A stretch of 64,000 nucleotides of DNA, taken from contig CAVNZM010000002.1 of assembly GCA_963693365.1 (NCBI GenBank), positions 14,851,615 to 14,915,614 of the forward strand, written 5' to 3'. This document shows positions 63,670-64,000 of this stretch, in pieces. The notes beneath the pieces were generated by a model. The model made no database searches. It had not been told where the DNA came from and saw nothing but the letters and a program-made list of their open reading frames with translations. The translations under genes were made by a program, and so were the position numbers. Source of the stretch: Amoebidium appalachense (lineage: Eukaryota > Protista > Ichthyosporea). Numbering within the stretch: the first letter of the stretch is position 1; each line of letters begins with the position of its first letter.

Positions 63670-64000
63670 ACGCCATTATGATGTCACTGATGATGTCACG
63701 AAGCCATATATAGATAAGGAAATGCCGGATATGGTAAAAAAAAAAAGCGACTACATCACGAACGAGAAATGAAAACAATAAAAAAAAGTAGGAATATCGT
63801 TTGAAAAACACCGTGAAAAATAAAAAACTGTGCTTGGTTCAGTGTATCACCATCTAATATCGTGATCTTGCAAGCTATATATCTCGTGGTGTCCGATCTT
63901 GATGGCATTATGCTGTTGGCATCTGCATGATATATTCTACATTAAAAAAAAAATTCTTGCAAGGTTGGACCCAATGCGATATGAATCGTGCGTAATTAGC

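Overview
Eukaryotic, intron-rich nuclear DNA saturated with poly(C)/poly(G) tracts and (CA)n microsatellites. Gene content (ST7, cytosolic HSP70, a YDYV-type pTyr motif, trypsin) suggests a holozoan, plausibly a unicellular one such as an ichthyosporean; this is inference. Nearly all entries in the ORF track are simple-repeat artefacts. Three spliced genes were rebuilt by hand on the + strand: the 3' end of a Ser/Pro-rich gene (to 5164), an unknown protein with a KA1/AMPK-CTD-like C-terminus (9396-19739) and an ST7 homologue (45696 or earlier to 59540). Four genes are intronless: a signal-peptide/GPI trypsin, a pectinacetylesterase/Notum-family hydrolase, a secreted-type unknown and HSP70. Mobile DNA includes a probable solo LTR, a hAT-type non-autonomous element, TA- and TTAA-flanked MITEs, a decayed pogo/Fot1-like transposase and non-LTR retrotransposon fragments. 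The most unusual signal is a set of retroelements whose 3' ends are not poly(A) but ...GTAAACCC(CC) or ...CAAAC(C)n, supported by target-site duplications and shared between diverged subfamilies. A second is a splice-site grammar with poly(C) just after donors and (CA)n just before acceptors. Several frameshifts sit in homopolymers and may be sequencing errors.
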